Positions 25,292 to 39,028 are shown, numbered from the stretch's first letter. The stretch is 64,000 nucleotides of DNA from Nageia nagi (GCA_050084985.1 JBITNC010000001.1:16430001-16494000); one strand, 5' to 3'. Translations and numbers: made by a program. The notes: generated from the sequence alone by a model not told the origin.

Positions 25292-26151
25292 AATAGTGTT
25301 TGATTTTCAACAAATCTAAACAAGAATACTTTCAAAATGTCAAGGCCGTACTTTTTGTGGTAGCACATTTTTATGCTAACCTATCAGATTGACCTCTTAC
25401 AGATGCATGTTTAGTGTTTGGAACATTATATCTGAAGAAGGTAAATCTCCTCATAGACTTGAATTATCGAAAAATAAATGGCTCCAATCAATGTCCAACA
25501 GTTGAGTATTTCTTTTCTTGGCCAACTTTAAAAAAGGGTGTGCATTACATGTTTAATTTTCCCAGATAGTTGAACCACTCACTGCATTCATTCAAAAAGC
25601 CAAATGGTCTTCTAAGACACACATGCAGCAAGATAGTTTTAACTCACTTAAGGATAAACTAATAATGGCACCAGACTCGAATCTTCTAAATCCTTCTAAG
25701 ACTAAGCTTACACTGAATCTTCTGTGGTAGCGATTAGCCATGTAAAAGAGCTCTTCTACAATCTGAAAGGAACTAAGAAGTGGTTCTTGCCTTTGACATA
25801 GTAATCGATCATATGCCTGTACACTAATTTCTGTGGAAGGGAGAACTGTATTCATGGGATATGGTTTTTCCATGAATATTGACCCAAATTGTCATACAAA
25901 GAGCAGAAGGGTAATGTCGTTTTCGATATAAAAATAACCAAATTTATTTTGTAAACAAAAAGGAAACTTTTCAAAGGGAAGGATGCCATGGCCTACAATG
26001 CAAAAGATCTAGTATAGATCTCTCTTGCACTGAACTTTTCCAATTTTGCTTTTTCAAAGTGTTGAGTGAAAACAGAAAAAGATCCTATATTTACAATAAA
26101 TTTCTGGAAAGAATCGTTGAGGATTAGAATCATTGACGACTTTAAGAACTC

Positions 26152-27946
26152 TGTTAAACGTCAGTGGTAAGATCCACCAACAAACAGATGCGCAGACAGT
26201 TTGAGTCAACTAAGTTATGAAAGACATACTCTGACCACAACTGGCAGAAAACACTTACTTTGTGGATAGATTGACCCTGAAGAAAGTAAAAATTGAAGAG
26301 TTAATGACATCGTGAGGACTTCTTGCAGTCAATGAAACTGCTGCAAGAGGACCTAATCTGGAGTTTGGAGGCGTTCCAATTACTTCGAAGCATTTCGGGT
26401 GGTTACAGAGGTACACAGGCAGATGACGTTGTCCAGTTACGATAGGCCAAGTTCCGGATGCCATAACTTTTGATCCGTAAGTCAATTTTGTGCATTCTAC
26501 CCACCATTGGAAAGCTCTTGACGTCCACTTTCTGAATAATAACTTTATGAAACTGTCTTGGGTGCATGTGTCCCTGTGACCAGAGGCATAAAGCCATGCA
26601 CCTAGAAAATTAACAAGTCAAATGTTTGGTCAAAAAATAACTCCATATTTCTTGAGCAAGCCAAGAAGTATGTGAGAATCAAGAGAAAAACATGAGATAC
26701 CTAGCACTGTAAAACATAAGGTTCACAACTAGAATGTCATTTATCGTACTGTGACTGTATATGCTGATTTTAAAGCAATACAAAAATCCATTGAAGTGCC
26801 CAAATCTTGTCTTTTTCATTCTGCTATGTTATTCTCTATGTGAAATTTGTTCATTTGGTTTTGCTAGTTTGCTATCGTTTTTGTTGATTTTGCAATTATT
26901 GTTGAAAGTGATTCATAAAATGAATAAGCAAAATTTGAATTAGAAAAATTAACATTTGGTATTAAAGATAGTTAGAGTGTAGGTTGAAAGAAAATTATTC
27001 TTCTATCTAGTAATAAGTCTGGAGAGTTCTTTTCCTTGTCATCCATGAGATATAATGGCACAGCACAAAGGCCACTCAAAGCTTCCTCTTCCTAAGTCCA
27101 ATGATGAAGACTACAGTTATTGAAGCATCAAAATGCAAATTCTCTCGAGTCCAAGGGGCTGTGGAAAAGTGTGAAAAATCATTATGTTCCTGAAAAATCA
27201 AATGTTCCTTCAAAAGATTGGAAGACCTTCTCAAAGGATGCTATGAAGGCCAAGGAGAAGGAGGAGCGAAAGAAAATTGAGGCACTCTACCACATCTTCT
27301 CAACCCTAGATAAACCCATTTTCTCTCTCATGGCAACCAAAAGGATTGCAAATAAAGCTTGGAAGGGTTCCTATGGTGGGTCAAATGACCAAATAAAGAC
27401 TATGAGATTGCAAATGACCAAGAGGGAGTTTGAGAATCTCAAGATGATGGGGGGAGAAGAAGTGGAGGTTTTTTTGATATAAATCTTAAGGGTGTTGTTA
27501 ACAAGATGGTCATTAACAGAAAAAATTTGGATGATCTTGTTATTTACAAGAAAGTGTTGAGGTCATTTCTTCCAAACTTTTGCCAACTAGCAACGGTATT
27601 TGAGCACATGAAGGATTTTACCAAATTGAAGTTTGATGAACTTCAAGGAGCTCTCTAGTTATATGAAGTGAGCTTGGAGGAGGATGAAGTTACCTTGGAC
27701 AAAGCACTTGCCTCCAAGGCAAATGTCTCCAAAAAGGAGGCTGGTTATAGTTCCAAAAGCCAAGGGAAGTGCCAAGAAAATAGAACTAGTGGGTCTAAGG
27801 GGAAGGACAAGCCAAAGATGAAAACTCTCATGTCACTATTGCAAGGAACCAAGCTATTTTGCAAGATAATGCAAAAAAAAAAAGCTATCGATAAAGGAAA
27901 AGTCCAAGAAACAGTTGGTATTTGTGTAGTAAGCATGGTAAGATGA
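26152..27946 (+). mobile_element. Truncated Copia element: 5' LTR, degenerate PBS, gag remnant
   Basis: TGTTAA (26152)...TTAACA (26954), then TGGTATTAAAG. Gag motifs LESKGLW, KALYHI-like and MRLQMTKREFENLKM. Confidence 0.7.
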
Positions 27947-29516
27947 AAATTCTTGATATATATTATGCTTTAAACATGAAATATAATTTTCTTGGTGTGT
28001 GATAGCTTCCTAAACACAAGGTCCTTAATCTCAAACTCTTTCATCATTGATTGTTTCAATAGATTCTTGATTGAAGGAGAGCTTCTGGTGTACATCAAAT
28101 CATCTACATACAAACACAAGCAAGACATCATGACCTTCTCTTTTGATGTAGAGTGTAGGATTACTCTTACACCTCATGATTCCTTGCTTCAAGAACATTA
28201 TCAATGTTCTAAGTGCTTGCTTTTAAGGCCATACAAGGTCCCTTCAACTAGTAAACAAAACCATCTTTTCCTTTCACTTCAATATGTTTAGACCGCTCCC
28301 CACATGGACATCTTCTTTTATGTACCATTCAAAAAGGCTGATTTCACATCCATTGGGTGAATTGTCCACATTATGTGGGATGCTATTGCTAGAACCATGC
28401 AAATGGTCTCCATCCCAGCCACATATACAAAGCTCTCTCCATAATCAATGCCTTCTCCCTGTGTAAAGCTTCTTGCCACTACCCTATCCTTATGTTTCTC
28501 AATACTTCTATCACTATTATGCTTTGTCTTGAACAACACATTTTGTCTCCACAACCTTTTTGCACTCAGACAATTCACAATGTGGTCAAGCATAATTTTT
28601 TTATGTGAGATAATCACCTCTTTCATAGCATTCTTCCAAATCTATTTTTTATTTGCCTCCTCAAATGATGAAAGCTGTACCTATTCCTTAACCATTGATG
28701 CAAAGTGGGTAGCATTACTTTGTGCCATCTCAATATCACCATCTCCATCAATGTTCTAACTTCTCAATTCTATTCGTGACTTCATCGAACTCATTTGCTT
28801 GACTTCTAGTTAGTATCTTATTGAAATTGGAATCAAGAATTTGATAGAGTTGATTATCTTTGAGAATTTTGTTGTTTATAACAGTGCGTTGAAACTTGCT
28901 GATTGGAGAATCATCACTAGTGACATTATCATGATCATCTTCACTTGAAGAAGAGGTGCCACTTGAGGATAGTGGTTATAGGGTGGATTTGGAGTTGGTG
29001 TAGAAGGTTGATCCAAAGCTTCATTTATCTCTCGAACAATCACAAGCTTCCTCCAACTTTGTTGTACATACACTCACCCTTCACCAAATATCACCTCTAG
29101 ATTCAATGATCTTTTTGGTATTTGGATTATAAAATTGATATGCTTTGCTGGTCTCTAAATACCCAATAAGCACACATGGAATATGTTGATGCCTCAACAC
29201 ACCCATCCTTTTTTTGCAAAAGATGGGAGGCCCTCAATCTAGAAAGCAAGTAGGAACTTTAGAAGGCTTGACCCAAGCAACATTTCGGGAAGCAATGGAA
29301 GAAAGTTGTTCACAAGAGCCTGAAGTGCAACTTTAAAAAGCACCCAGAAGTTAATATAAAAGAGGCACTTTCTGAAGTACACATCTGCGAGTACGAGGGT
29401 GAAGTTTAAATTGGGCAAAATCACTAATATTACATGAAGAACCATGAATTTTACATGGCCTCTTAGAAAGAACCACTATAGAACCAAAAGGTGGCAAGAA
29501 AATGGTTAAGTCCAAA

Positions 29517-31157
29517 GTTGGTCGCATAGTACAGGAAAGTCACTCATCCCTCTTTGAGGAATGGTCCGACCACCCTTTAAGCAGATTTCAGCCCCTAAAA
29601 ATGACAGCCCTCAAAAATTTTCATCTTGAGGGTGTTTACATGATTTCAAAAGTTGCATTACCATCCTTCAAAGATCATGCGACCACCGCCTCTTGAAGAA
29701 GCAAAGCTGAAAAACAAGGAAAATGGGTCATTTGGAAGGTGTTCGCATGATTTCAAATAGTTACAAATCCATCTTTCTCCAGCCATGCGACCACCCCTCT
29801 TGAACGGTTCAAGAGCACAAAATTGGCTAAGTGTTCGAAATTCCTCTTCAAAGGGTGTTCACACAATTCAAAAACATTGCAAATCCATCTTTTTGTTATC
29901 TCCCGACCACCCTCACTTCAACGTTGCACTTGTCTTAACCACATTTGGCCTTCACCTTCGCCGTACGGACGAGGACACCTAACAAATGAGGCTAGTATAT
30001 AAGGAAGGAGCCACCCAATTCATTTGTTCACTCAGTTTGCAAATCCAAGGGTGTTCGCACAATTTCAAAAAGTCACCTTTTCATCTTTCAAAAACCTTGC
30101 GACCACCCTCCTTTCAGGATTTTGGGCTCTAAACGTCTAAGTATTGAGTTAAGGGGCTCCTTAGAGGCGTTCGCATGATTTCAAGAAGTTACAAACCCAT
30201 CTTTGGCAAAGCGCACGACCACCCTCACTTAGACAAGCAAGGCCAGTATAAAAGGAGAGAGTCGCCTATTTTATCCATTTCACTCCAGCTTAAAGGTGTT
30301 CGCATGGTTTGAAGAAGTCACCTTTACATCTTTCAAACACCGTCTAACCACCTTCTTTCAGGATTTTGGGCTCTGAAATTGGCTGTGTTGAAAGAAGGGC
30401 TCCTATTAGGTGTTCGCATGGTTCTCAAAAGTTGCAAACCCATCTTTAACAAAGCATGCGACCACCCCTTCCAAACGTTGAACATGCACTAGAAAGCTTG
30501 TCTCAAGCTCATTCGACCTCCACTCTGACCAGTCTAACGTAGACACCTGTCAAGCAAGAAACTATAAAAGGAGGAATAAGCACTTATTTGTACCAAGTCA
30601 TACTTGGCATCCAAAGTGGTCGCACGGTTCAGGAAAGTTAGGATTGCATCTTTTGCAAAATGCCCGACCACCTCCTTGCACTTCAAAATTGCCTAAGTGT
30701 TAACCCAAAGCACTTAATGAGAGTTCGCATGATTTTGGGAAGTCATAATGGCATATCTTTGAAGACATGCGATCACCCCTTCTTTGCGTCCAAGCTCAAT
30801 TCAAGTGTTCGCACAGTTTTGAGAGGTCACCTTTGCATCTTTTGACGGATATGAGATCACCCTCTTAGCTGCATTTTGGGACCAAGTTTGGCACCTCAGC
30901 TCGCTCATCTTTGGTCACACGTTCTCACAAAGTTACAATTGCATCATTTTGAGAGCTAGCGACCACTCTCCTCCTCTTGCATGAAAAAGGACACTTGTTG
31001 AAAAACTTGTTTTCTCTCCAAGATGTTGCCACTTGGCAATTTTGAAGCACTTATAAAAGAAAGAAAAGGGGGTGATTTAGTCATATTTGGTACTTCATTA
31101 CTGATCGAACAGTTTTTTCAAGTCACATCTCCATCATCCTAAAAATGTGCGACCACC
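29517..31157 (+). repeat. Array of 13 spaced 58-bp inverted-repeat units (GGTGTTCGCAY...AAGTYRC...CATCTTT...YGCGACCACC)
   Basis: Unit starts at 29517, 29631, 29738, 29854, 30050, 30166, 30295, 30409, 30615, 30720, 30804, 30910, 31100. Twelve are 58 bp and one is 57 bp. Spacers are 26-148 bp. Confidence 0.9.
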
Positions 31158-31681
31158 TTCTTCTTGCATTAACATTGATACCTCGTGTTTTGTTGCACTT
31201 ATTGCACCTCGCATTTAATCATCTTTTGCATTGGTTAAGTAAAATTTTGTTGCATGGCCATTTGAGTAGTAATTGCATTTTGTCCTAAGTTGGTCCATGC
31301 ATACATTAAGTCTTTTTGTTTTGTCTTAGTCGAACCTTCCATTTTGTCACGTTGCATCAAGTCATCTTTTGTGGTCGCATCATTTGCCCAAGTTGAGAAA
31401 GCATCCTTCCAATTTGGTGCAACAAGGTTCAAGTCCATTTGCATTTTAAAAGGGGCCACAGGCTAGCCAACATACACACATTCATGCATTAAAGTCATAA
31501 CATAAACATGTTGCATGTAGGAAAGGTCGACCACCTTGTTGTCATAAACATTCATTGCCCAAGTCCATCGCACCCATACAAAGACATACAGATCTGCCAA
31601 GCATTGCATCTTTCTTGCACCACGCCCAACATTTGTCAAAGTCCAATCGCTACTAACTTGGTATGTTTGTGCAGATTTTGA

Positions 31682-34600
31682 ATGGCAAAGATCAATTCCA
31701 AGTTAGGAAAAACCAAGGAGCTGCAACTGGCCAAGTTGACTGACATAGTCAGATAGAGTTTGTGAAGGAAAACCCTAAGCATCCCTTGAAACAAGCCAAG
31801 TTCAAGAATAGTTTCATCAACATCCGGGTTACCAATTGGTCACATACTGACCCAATTTGGACAATCCAAGCCATGGGGGAGTTAGACAAATTTCAGATCC
31901 TTAAGGAAATGGCATGCACATCCGGACTAGCTACCGCCATCCTAATTCCCTTTGTTGTTCGTTTTCTTGAGCTATGCTATGAGGTGGGCAGGCATGCCAA
32001 CTTCAAAGATCGAGCCCTTTACAACACTGATGGCAATAAGACCCTCGATTTCTCTCCATAGGGAATTGAGGAAGCCTTCAAATGGGGTAATGAGGGGATC
32101 GTTTACACGGAGAAAGATTCTTTGGAATACTATGAGAAATCTCCACAAGTTGCATACCTCATCAGAGACTTGCTCGAGAATGAGAGTAAAGGGTTTACGG
32201 GGAATAAGTTGCTGAATGCAAAAAGGCAACACTTTTACCCCACAGTGTCCACAATCATCAGCATGTTATCCAAGGTCACTGGCAAGGAGGATGACTTCAA
32301 ATTCCGAAGGGCGTTTACCGGGTTCATCGTTGTAATTGGGAATCGGTAGAAAATCAGGTGGAGTAGAGTGATAAGTGATTCCCTCTTGTTCCAACTGGCC
32401 CACATTGGCTCCTTGAAGAAATTTTATATGAATTCTTATCTAGTTTTTCTCCTCCTCCATGGCAAAAATAGAAGATCAGCCCATGCAGACATTGAAATCC
32501 TGAACAATCCAGAGAAACTTGTATGGAGAGCCTAACCCATGGACTATTATGCCATGAGGAATGATGGATGGGAGTTCTAGATTTACAAAGAGATAAAAGG
32601 GAGGCAAATGGTGAAGAGAATATCCAATTCAGCAGTTGAGGCCATCCGTGGGCATGCCAACTACTTTCTGGAAGACCCCACACATACCTACATTCGGGTT
32701 TATGGTTCTGAGGTTAGGCCTTATCTCTTGCCCCGATACACCAGTAATCACCTCATCCTCATGGAGTTCTGTAGGCAGCTATTGTTTTTGTATGAAAACG
32801 TATGGAAAAAGAAGAATGCTACAACGAATCTCCCCATTTCAATCGGAGATTACACTTTCTCAACTTGGCAGGAGGCTAAGGAGATGGGCAATGAATTATC
32901 TTATTATCATTCTAGTAAGAGGAGGCAACCTCCCACTATGATCCTGAAGGAAGGATTCAGTGTTTCTACAAACGAGCATTTAGAAATCCTATAATCTATG
33001 AGCACCTACCTCTTGGAGACAAGGAGAGATACATGAACAAGAGGGAGGAGAGATAGATTCAGAAGGAAGGTTCACCAGATCTTAGTAGCTGAGGGGCGAA
33101 TTGACAGAAGAATCCAAAGCTTGAATGATCGTTGGGCCATCTCAGTTGATAAATTCACTTCCTCCTCGAGAGTGAGGAAACATCACGGAAGAATAGGAAA
33201 GCATGCCACTTTGGGCGGGGCTAAGTTCGGGATCCACGCTGTTGTCAAAGAGATCACCACGAATGTAGCTATCATGAAAGAAATAGGGTATCTGGATTTC
33301 CCGCTCCAACAACTTGAAGATGCCATGCCCAGGGACGTCCCCATGATACCTATTATACCTGTCCGGGCTGAGAATCCTTTAGCTCTCCCAAACCTCTTGA
33401 CACCTGCCAAGGAACACGTAGCAAACACATTCCAGAGCCCATTGAGGCTGAAATTCAAGAGAACGCTCCCACTACAAACCAACATGCAGACCCTAACCCT
33501 TCAAGCTCATCTTCCGATTCTGAGACATCCTCTGAATCCTCTGGTTCGCAAGATTCCAGTTCAGAAGGAGAGACTGAAAAGGAGCATGAAGAAGAGCATG
33601 AGGATGATGAAGGCTCGCAATCCAATACGGAGGATACCCAAATTGTGGACATAGAAGGAGAATCTGAGACAGAGGAGATTGGCGAGGCTTTGCCCACAAG
33701 ATCAACATCAATGAAGCAAGTCACCTCTTTAGAATCCGCCACTCCACAAAGGAAGAGAAGGTCGTCCCGCAAGAAGGAGACTTCTTGAACAACCCCTAGC
33801 AAGCCTTCAAAGCTAAGCAAAACTTCTGCAGCTGGAGATGGGGGAGACAAGGAGGATAAAGGTGAAAGTGAGGAGCAAAGAAAGAAAAGAAAGCAAAATG
33901 AACATGGTAGTCACAAGTAATTGAAAAGTAAGGAGAAACCAGCTGAAGTAAAGAGCCAACAATTGAGAATTGAAGAAATCCCCAGGGAGTCTGCTCCAAC
34001 AAATATGGACACCACTTTGGCCAATGTTGCAACTAGCTTAGGTCCTCAAAAGAAATACGACTTTGATATCGATGCAATCATCAAAGACTTGTAGATGAGC
34101 TATAAGAGTGACGATGATGAATCAAGCCAAAGGAGGGAAAATATGTCAGAATTCCCTGATCAAAGAAATACAAACTTTTGTGTCTATGAAAAATGATAAA
34201 GTGATCATCAACAGATGTTATTCCGAGAAGAAACATCCATAGGATTTGCAGGACGTGCGGGTCCACACTGAGGAGTACAAAGTAAAGAAGATTGGGTGGG
34301 CTGGGTGTAAGCATACTATTAATTTCAATGTGGATGAAATAATTAGACAAGGGATCAAGAGGGAGAATACGGTCAAAGAACTAAAGAAAGATTTGGCGTG
34401 GAAAAATAAGTTGGTGAAAGAAGTAGAAGTTGCCAAGATGACCATTGAAGATATTAAAGTGCAAACCTCACTAAACATCAACATAACTTCCACCAAGGAA
34501 ACTTTGGTCAACGCAGTGATGAGGGTGGTCAATGAGCTCTTGCTCCGACTAGTTGCCCTTATGGACGAACAGAAGATAGAGGAGAGTATGAAAGCCGCTG

Positions 34601-35136
34601 TCTCCCAGCTACTGCACGACTTTCAAAATCATGAGCAAGCTATCAAAAACATCAGAAGAGCATCCGAAGGACAGCCTAGTCGAGTGCAGTATTATCAGGA
34701 ATTTGCCTATCACCTGCGTTGGTTAAGATTCGTTGTGGGGGAATGTGTCAATCTCACACAAGCAAGGACCGAAATGATATCCACCTTGACTTTTCAGATG
34801 AACCAGTTTGTGCAGCCAATCAGCTTTGTAAATGAAGATGGAAGTGCAAAGTGAGTTAAGCTCATGGTACAAGAAGTTCGAAACATCATAAGGGAGCTCG
34901 TCTTCACAAAGGATGTGAATTTGCTGAGAGCCGGAACCCACATTGAGAATCAGCAAAATTTGGCCATTTGGAAATTTCAAATGGAGGCCACCTCTTAGTT
35001 CATCCTTGACTTCCATAACAGAAAGGATGAGGAGCTGCCACTCGCCAAGGCTAAAACCTTCTTTGGTGACAAGTCTCACGGGAATCTTGAGGACATCTTT
35101 GTTGTTGCCCATGCTACCGGTCCCACAGAGGGATGA
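31682..35136 (+). pseudogene. Decayed ~1,150-codon accessory gene of unknown function inside the 7.2-kb unit
   Basis: Chain of same-strand ORF pieces (31762, 32122, 32608, 34246 and others) joined by single stops or frameshifts. Globular N-terminal half, acidic/Ser-rich linker, coiled-coil-like C-terminus. Preceded by an intron-like segment with TACTAAC (31651) and TTTGTGCAG (31674), 7 nt before the ATG. Confidence 0.75.
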
Positions 35137-37014
35137 TTGGATAAATGCATACTTTTATTTTTTGTTAAAACTTTCATATTTTAAATTTTGCAATGTGACG
35201 AATGAGTTTTTGCTCCCACGGTTGCAAAAAGACTTTTGATTTGACGGATGGATAAAATCTGATTTGATTGGGTGTGGTCAGATACTGATGTGATTGATGT
35301 GATATTGAGCGATGTTGTTTAGCCGCAGCTTTTCTTTTGTTGATGGTTTTTGTGTTTTTCGATGTAGTATTAGGGTTGCATGGTTGTTTAGGGCAACTTT
35401 ATAATTAATGTTAGGGCGACACTTCATTCAATGAGGTTGTCAGACGCATACTATAAGTACCCCTAACCGGGTCATTTTTGAGATATATGGAGTTAGATGG
35501 ATAAGCACATATAGATGGATATGTAGAGATAGAGATATTGTAATCTCCTTCATGAGCTGAATGCAAATCTTCTAAGGATCATACTTTTTGGAGTTGAGGT
35601 TTCCATTGCATGTATGTATGATATATCATTCTGGGAAACTTTGTTATTAAAGCAAGTGTGATTGTTTATTTCATGGGATTGTAGATGAGCATATGGCATG
35701 AAATATGTGTTGTTGTATCATTTATGCATTTACAAGCATTTTCTTTGAAAGTCCAAGACTTTAGGGAAAGATGATTGAATACTTTTCTTAAATGGATGAA
35801 TGATCGGTTTTGCAGTCTGCATAAAGTCATAATATTTTGGAATTACTCTGCTTGTATGATATTTGATTGGTTTTATCTGTTGGAAATGGGTAACTGATTG
35901 ATACACCACTTCATATCCACCTTTCCATACTGACTACTGCCCTGTGCTCTTGCTTGGGAAAGATCCGGTCCCAATCGTTTCCTCCCCTTGCTTGATAATC
36001 CCAATAGAAATTCCTAATAAATCTGAAAGCAAAACCCCAAACCCTATACGGCAGTAAACAACCATCACTTATCCCACTATCAACAACCAAACCTACTTCA
36101 TTCCTTTCTTCATATCCCGACACTTCAAATACCATCATCTTTTTGCTTCAAGTACCATTACGTAGGCAACAAAAGACTGTACAAGAAAACCCAATAGGTC
36201 TGTAATTACTTTGTAAGTTAATTACCCTGAGCACATTTTTACCTGAGCCACTTCTACGATAAAAGAACAACTATCACCAGGCCATCCGTTTAAAGTCACG
36301 GAAAGCCCCTTTGAGCTTCGAAGATGCATAAACCTTGGGGTTAAAGTCCTTTCAAGTGGAGGTAAGTAACGCTAGCTCACTCCTTATGGTGTTGTTTCCC
36401 ATAGGGGGAAACAAAATCACGTCAACAGAATACTCTTTGGCTGAAGCTCAAGCTTTCTTTCTCAACTTGTCACCAATATGGGCATATGCTAGACATCCAA
36501 AAACCTTCACGTGCTCAACTTTGGGCTGCCTCCTATACCACATCTCAAAAGGAGTCTTATCTTCATTTACACTCGTCACCAATATGTGTTCTCACATCAA
36601 CTGCTGCAACCCAATACTCATAGCCTAAACCTTTATGATGTATCATGCTACTTGCCATGTTCATGAGAGTCCAATTCATCTTTTCAACAATCCCATTTTG
36701 TTGGGATGTATAAGATGAGGCCAGCTGCTTTTTAATGTCATGGCCTTTGTAATAGTTTATCAAAATCTTTAGAACACAATTTACCACCCTGATCACATAG
36801 AGTTTTTATTGCAGCCCCCATCTCCTTCTCCATCTTGGTCCTCCACTTCTAAAGATGTCAAATTCCTCATCTTTGGATTTCAAAAAAGATGTCCAATAAC
36901 TTCTTCAGAAATAATCAGTCAAAGATATGTAATAAAGAGACTCATCAATGCTTGGTGTGTTCATGGGTCTACATAGATTGGTGTGCACAAGAATTGGGAA
37001 ATTATTGTTTTTAT

Positions 37015-37185
37015 TTTTCTGAAATTACTTTTCTAAATTATTGATCAAAATTATCGTTTCTGCAATTCTGAAATATCAAATTCTAAATCATCATTTCTGA
37101 AATATCACTTCTAAATTATCACTTCTTAATTTTCATTTCTACATTAACGTTTTCTACATTGCTAAAATATCCATTTTTACATTAT
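37015..37185. repeat. Degenerate ~14-bp tandem repeat (TTCTRAAWTATCAY)
   Basis: Repeated TTCTGAAATATC/TTCTAAATTATC units. Confidence 0.6.
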
Positions 37186-37777
37186 CAAAACTAGACAATG
37201 TCATGTGCCTGAGCAACTCTGCAACCCCCTGAAATTGCTCTGAAGTCATTGGAAGGCCTCCAAACTCTGCACATTAGGTTCTCTTTCTGCTGTTCCATTG
37301 ACTGCAAGAAGTCTTCAACTGCTCCTCTCCCATGTCTCATAACATTCTTTTCAACTACAAGGCCTGAGCTGTTGTTTTAAAACATCCACATACTATACCT
37401 ATCGAAGAAAGAGTGGCAATTGATTGTTTCCTTTGAGCTCCAAGTGATCAAATCAGAGCCAAGTGAGAAATAGTTGTTGGAAGTTGGTTTTCAATCATCC
37501 AAACTACCTCCCAATCAGAATCCATCCATCCAATTAATCCAAAATTAGAGGCATAAGAGTATTTAACCCCAAAATCTAAATTACCTCTCACATACCTTAA
37601 TATCTGCTTCACTGCCCACAAGTGAAGCTCCGAAGGATCAGTCATAAACCCGCTCACTAAACTCACCAAACATGCAACATTCAATCTTATAGCAGTCAGG
37701 AAGATAAGGCTCCCAACAATGCTACAAAAGTGAGACGCATTTATATTTTTAGCCTCATCATTATTAGATAAAACAAT

Positions 37778-38774
37778 TCATTGAATATAGGGTGTGGCTC
37801 TAGCCTTACAAATTTCCATGTGGAATTTTTTTTCATATCCTTTGCAATTTTTTAGCATATTTTTAACCAGTAGTGCAGAGACAACCATTTTGTTTGGCAA
37901 ACAACCATCTCTAGCACAGTTAAGCCTATCCAATATATGCTTAAATGTAACCAAGAATCCTGACCAGAAGTGGGTTTCAGATTTTGTCTCTGCTGCAACT
38001 GGACCCAATGATGATTACTTCCAATATGACAAATTCTAATAGTACTTGCATCAACAGAACTGGTACTTGGAAACCTCCTCCAGAAGGAGTTGGCTACATC
38101 AATATGGACGGGGCCTTGAGATGAAATTCAGGTAGAGCTAGCTCAGGAGGGATAGGTCATCTCTCAGATGGCTCCCCCACTTTTGTCTTTGTAGAGAACC
38201 TAGGCGCCCTCTCCAATAACTTGGTAGAGGATCATTGCTATTCTTAGAGGTCTTCAGGAGGCTTTGAAAGTACGATGGACTAATATGCATTTGGAATCAG
38301 ACTCTAAAATTATGATTAACCACCTGCAAAGGCATGGTAATAATAAGAACATAGATAGGAGAATCATTGACAAAATTACGATTATTTGGCAAATTTGAGA
38401 TTGTGGAATTCATTCATATCCCTAGAGAACAAAATAGAGTGGCAGATGCGATGGCCAATTGGGCTCTTGATAGAGGGGACCTTGCCTGCTATGGACTTCC
38501 CCCCAGATGGTGGACTCAACAGATCAGGGAGGCTTTTATCTCCATTATTTCCATCAATATACCTCTTGCGTGTTGTATTTAGGCTTATCTATCTTTGTTT
38601 CACTTGGCTTCTTTTAAGCATTATATGTTGTAGTATAGATGTGAGGATCTCATTCCGACGTCTTCTGTCAAAACTTGGCTCAAAAGCCTGCGTGCCTGGA
38701 AAAGGCAGGGAATGTGCTTTAAATTTCTTTTAATATAATTCAAAAAATCTTTTTACCTAAATATTAAAAAAAAA
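37778..38774 (+). mobile_element. 5'-truncated L1 LINE: RNase H domain, 3' UTR, poly(A)
   Basis: WKPPPEG..INMDGA, LESDSKIMIN and HIPREQNRVADAMAN (plant L1 RNase H), with an A-tail at about 38766-38774. No TSD found. Confidence 0.85.
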
Positions 38775-39028
38775 TCCCAATGTCATCTTAGATCACTTCC
38801 ATGCCCAAGAAATAGCTCACCAATAATCTCATCAGCATGTTGCTTTCTTTCATTCATTTGCAGCTTTCATTCTACATTCTTTTTCAAAATGCACATACTT
38901 TTGCAATGGTAAGATTGGACATTTCTTTTTTATTTTTTAAATCTTCCTATTCCTCTACTAGCATGTTCTTGGTAAGATTGGCACTCCTTCCTACCCAATA
39001 AACACACTTCAAATACCATCTCTCTTCA

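Larger units (their letters stand above)
29184..36427 (+). mobile_element. 7,244-bp solo-LTR-like unit carrying a repeat array and a long gene
   Basis: TGTTGA...TCAACA termini and a perfect 5-bp TSD GAATA (29179-29183 and 36428-36432). No second LTR copy, PBS, PPT, gag or pol seen inside. Ends resemble the element-A LTR. Confidence 0.85.
27960..36990 (-). mobile_element. Copia pol remnant (integrase and RT), split by the 7.2-kb insertion at 29184-36427
   Basis: RT: KHKDRVVARSFTQGEGIDYGESF...MDVKSAFLNG. Integrase: YTSQQNGIVEKMNWTLMNMASSM and TPFEMWYRRQPKVEHVKVFGCLAYAHI, continuing across the GAATA TSD. Confidence 0.9.

Noticed and set aside
25440-26130. Possible degraded L1 ORF2 on the minus strand
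   Set aside because: Motifs are too faint to support without a search.
29517-31157. CRISPR array interpretation of the repeat-spacer pattern
   Set aside because: Eukaryotic LTR context, no cas genes, degenerate 58-bp repeats, and variable spacers that are partly homologous to each other.
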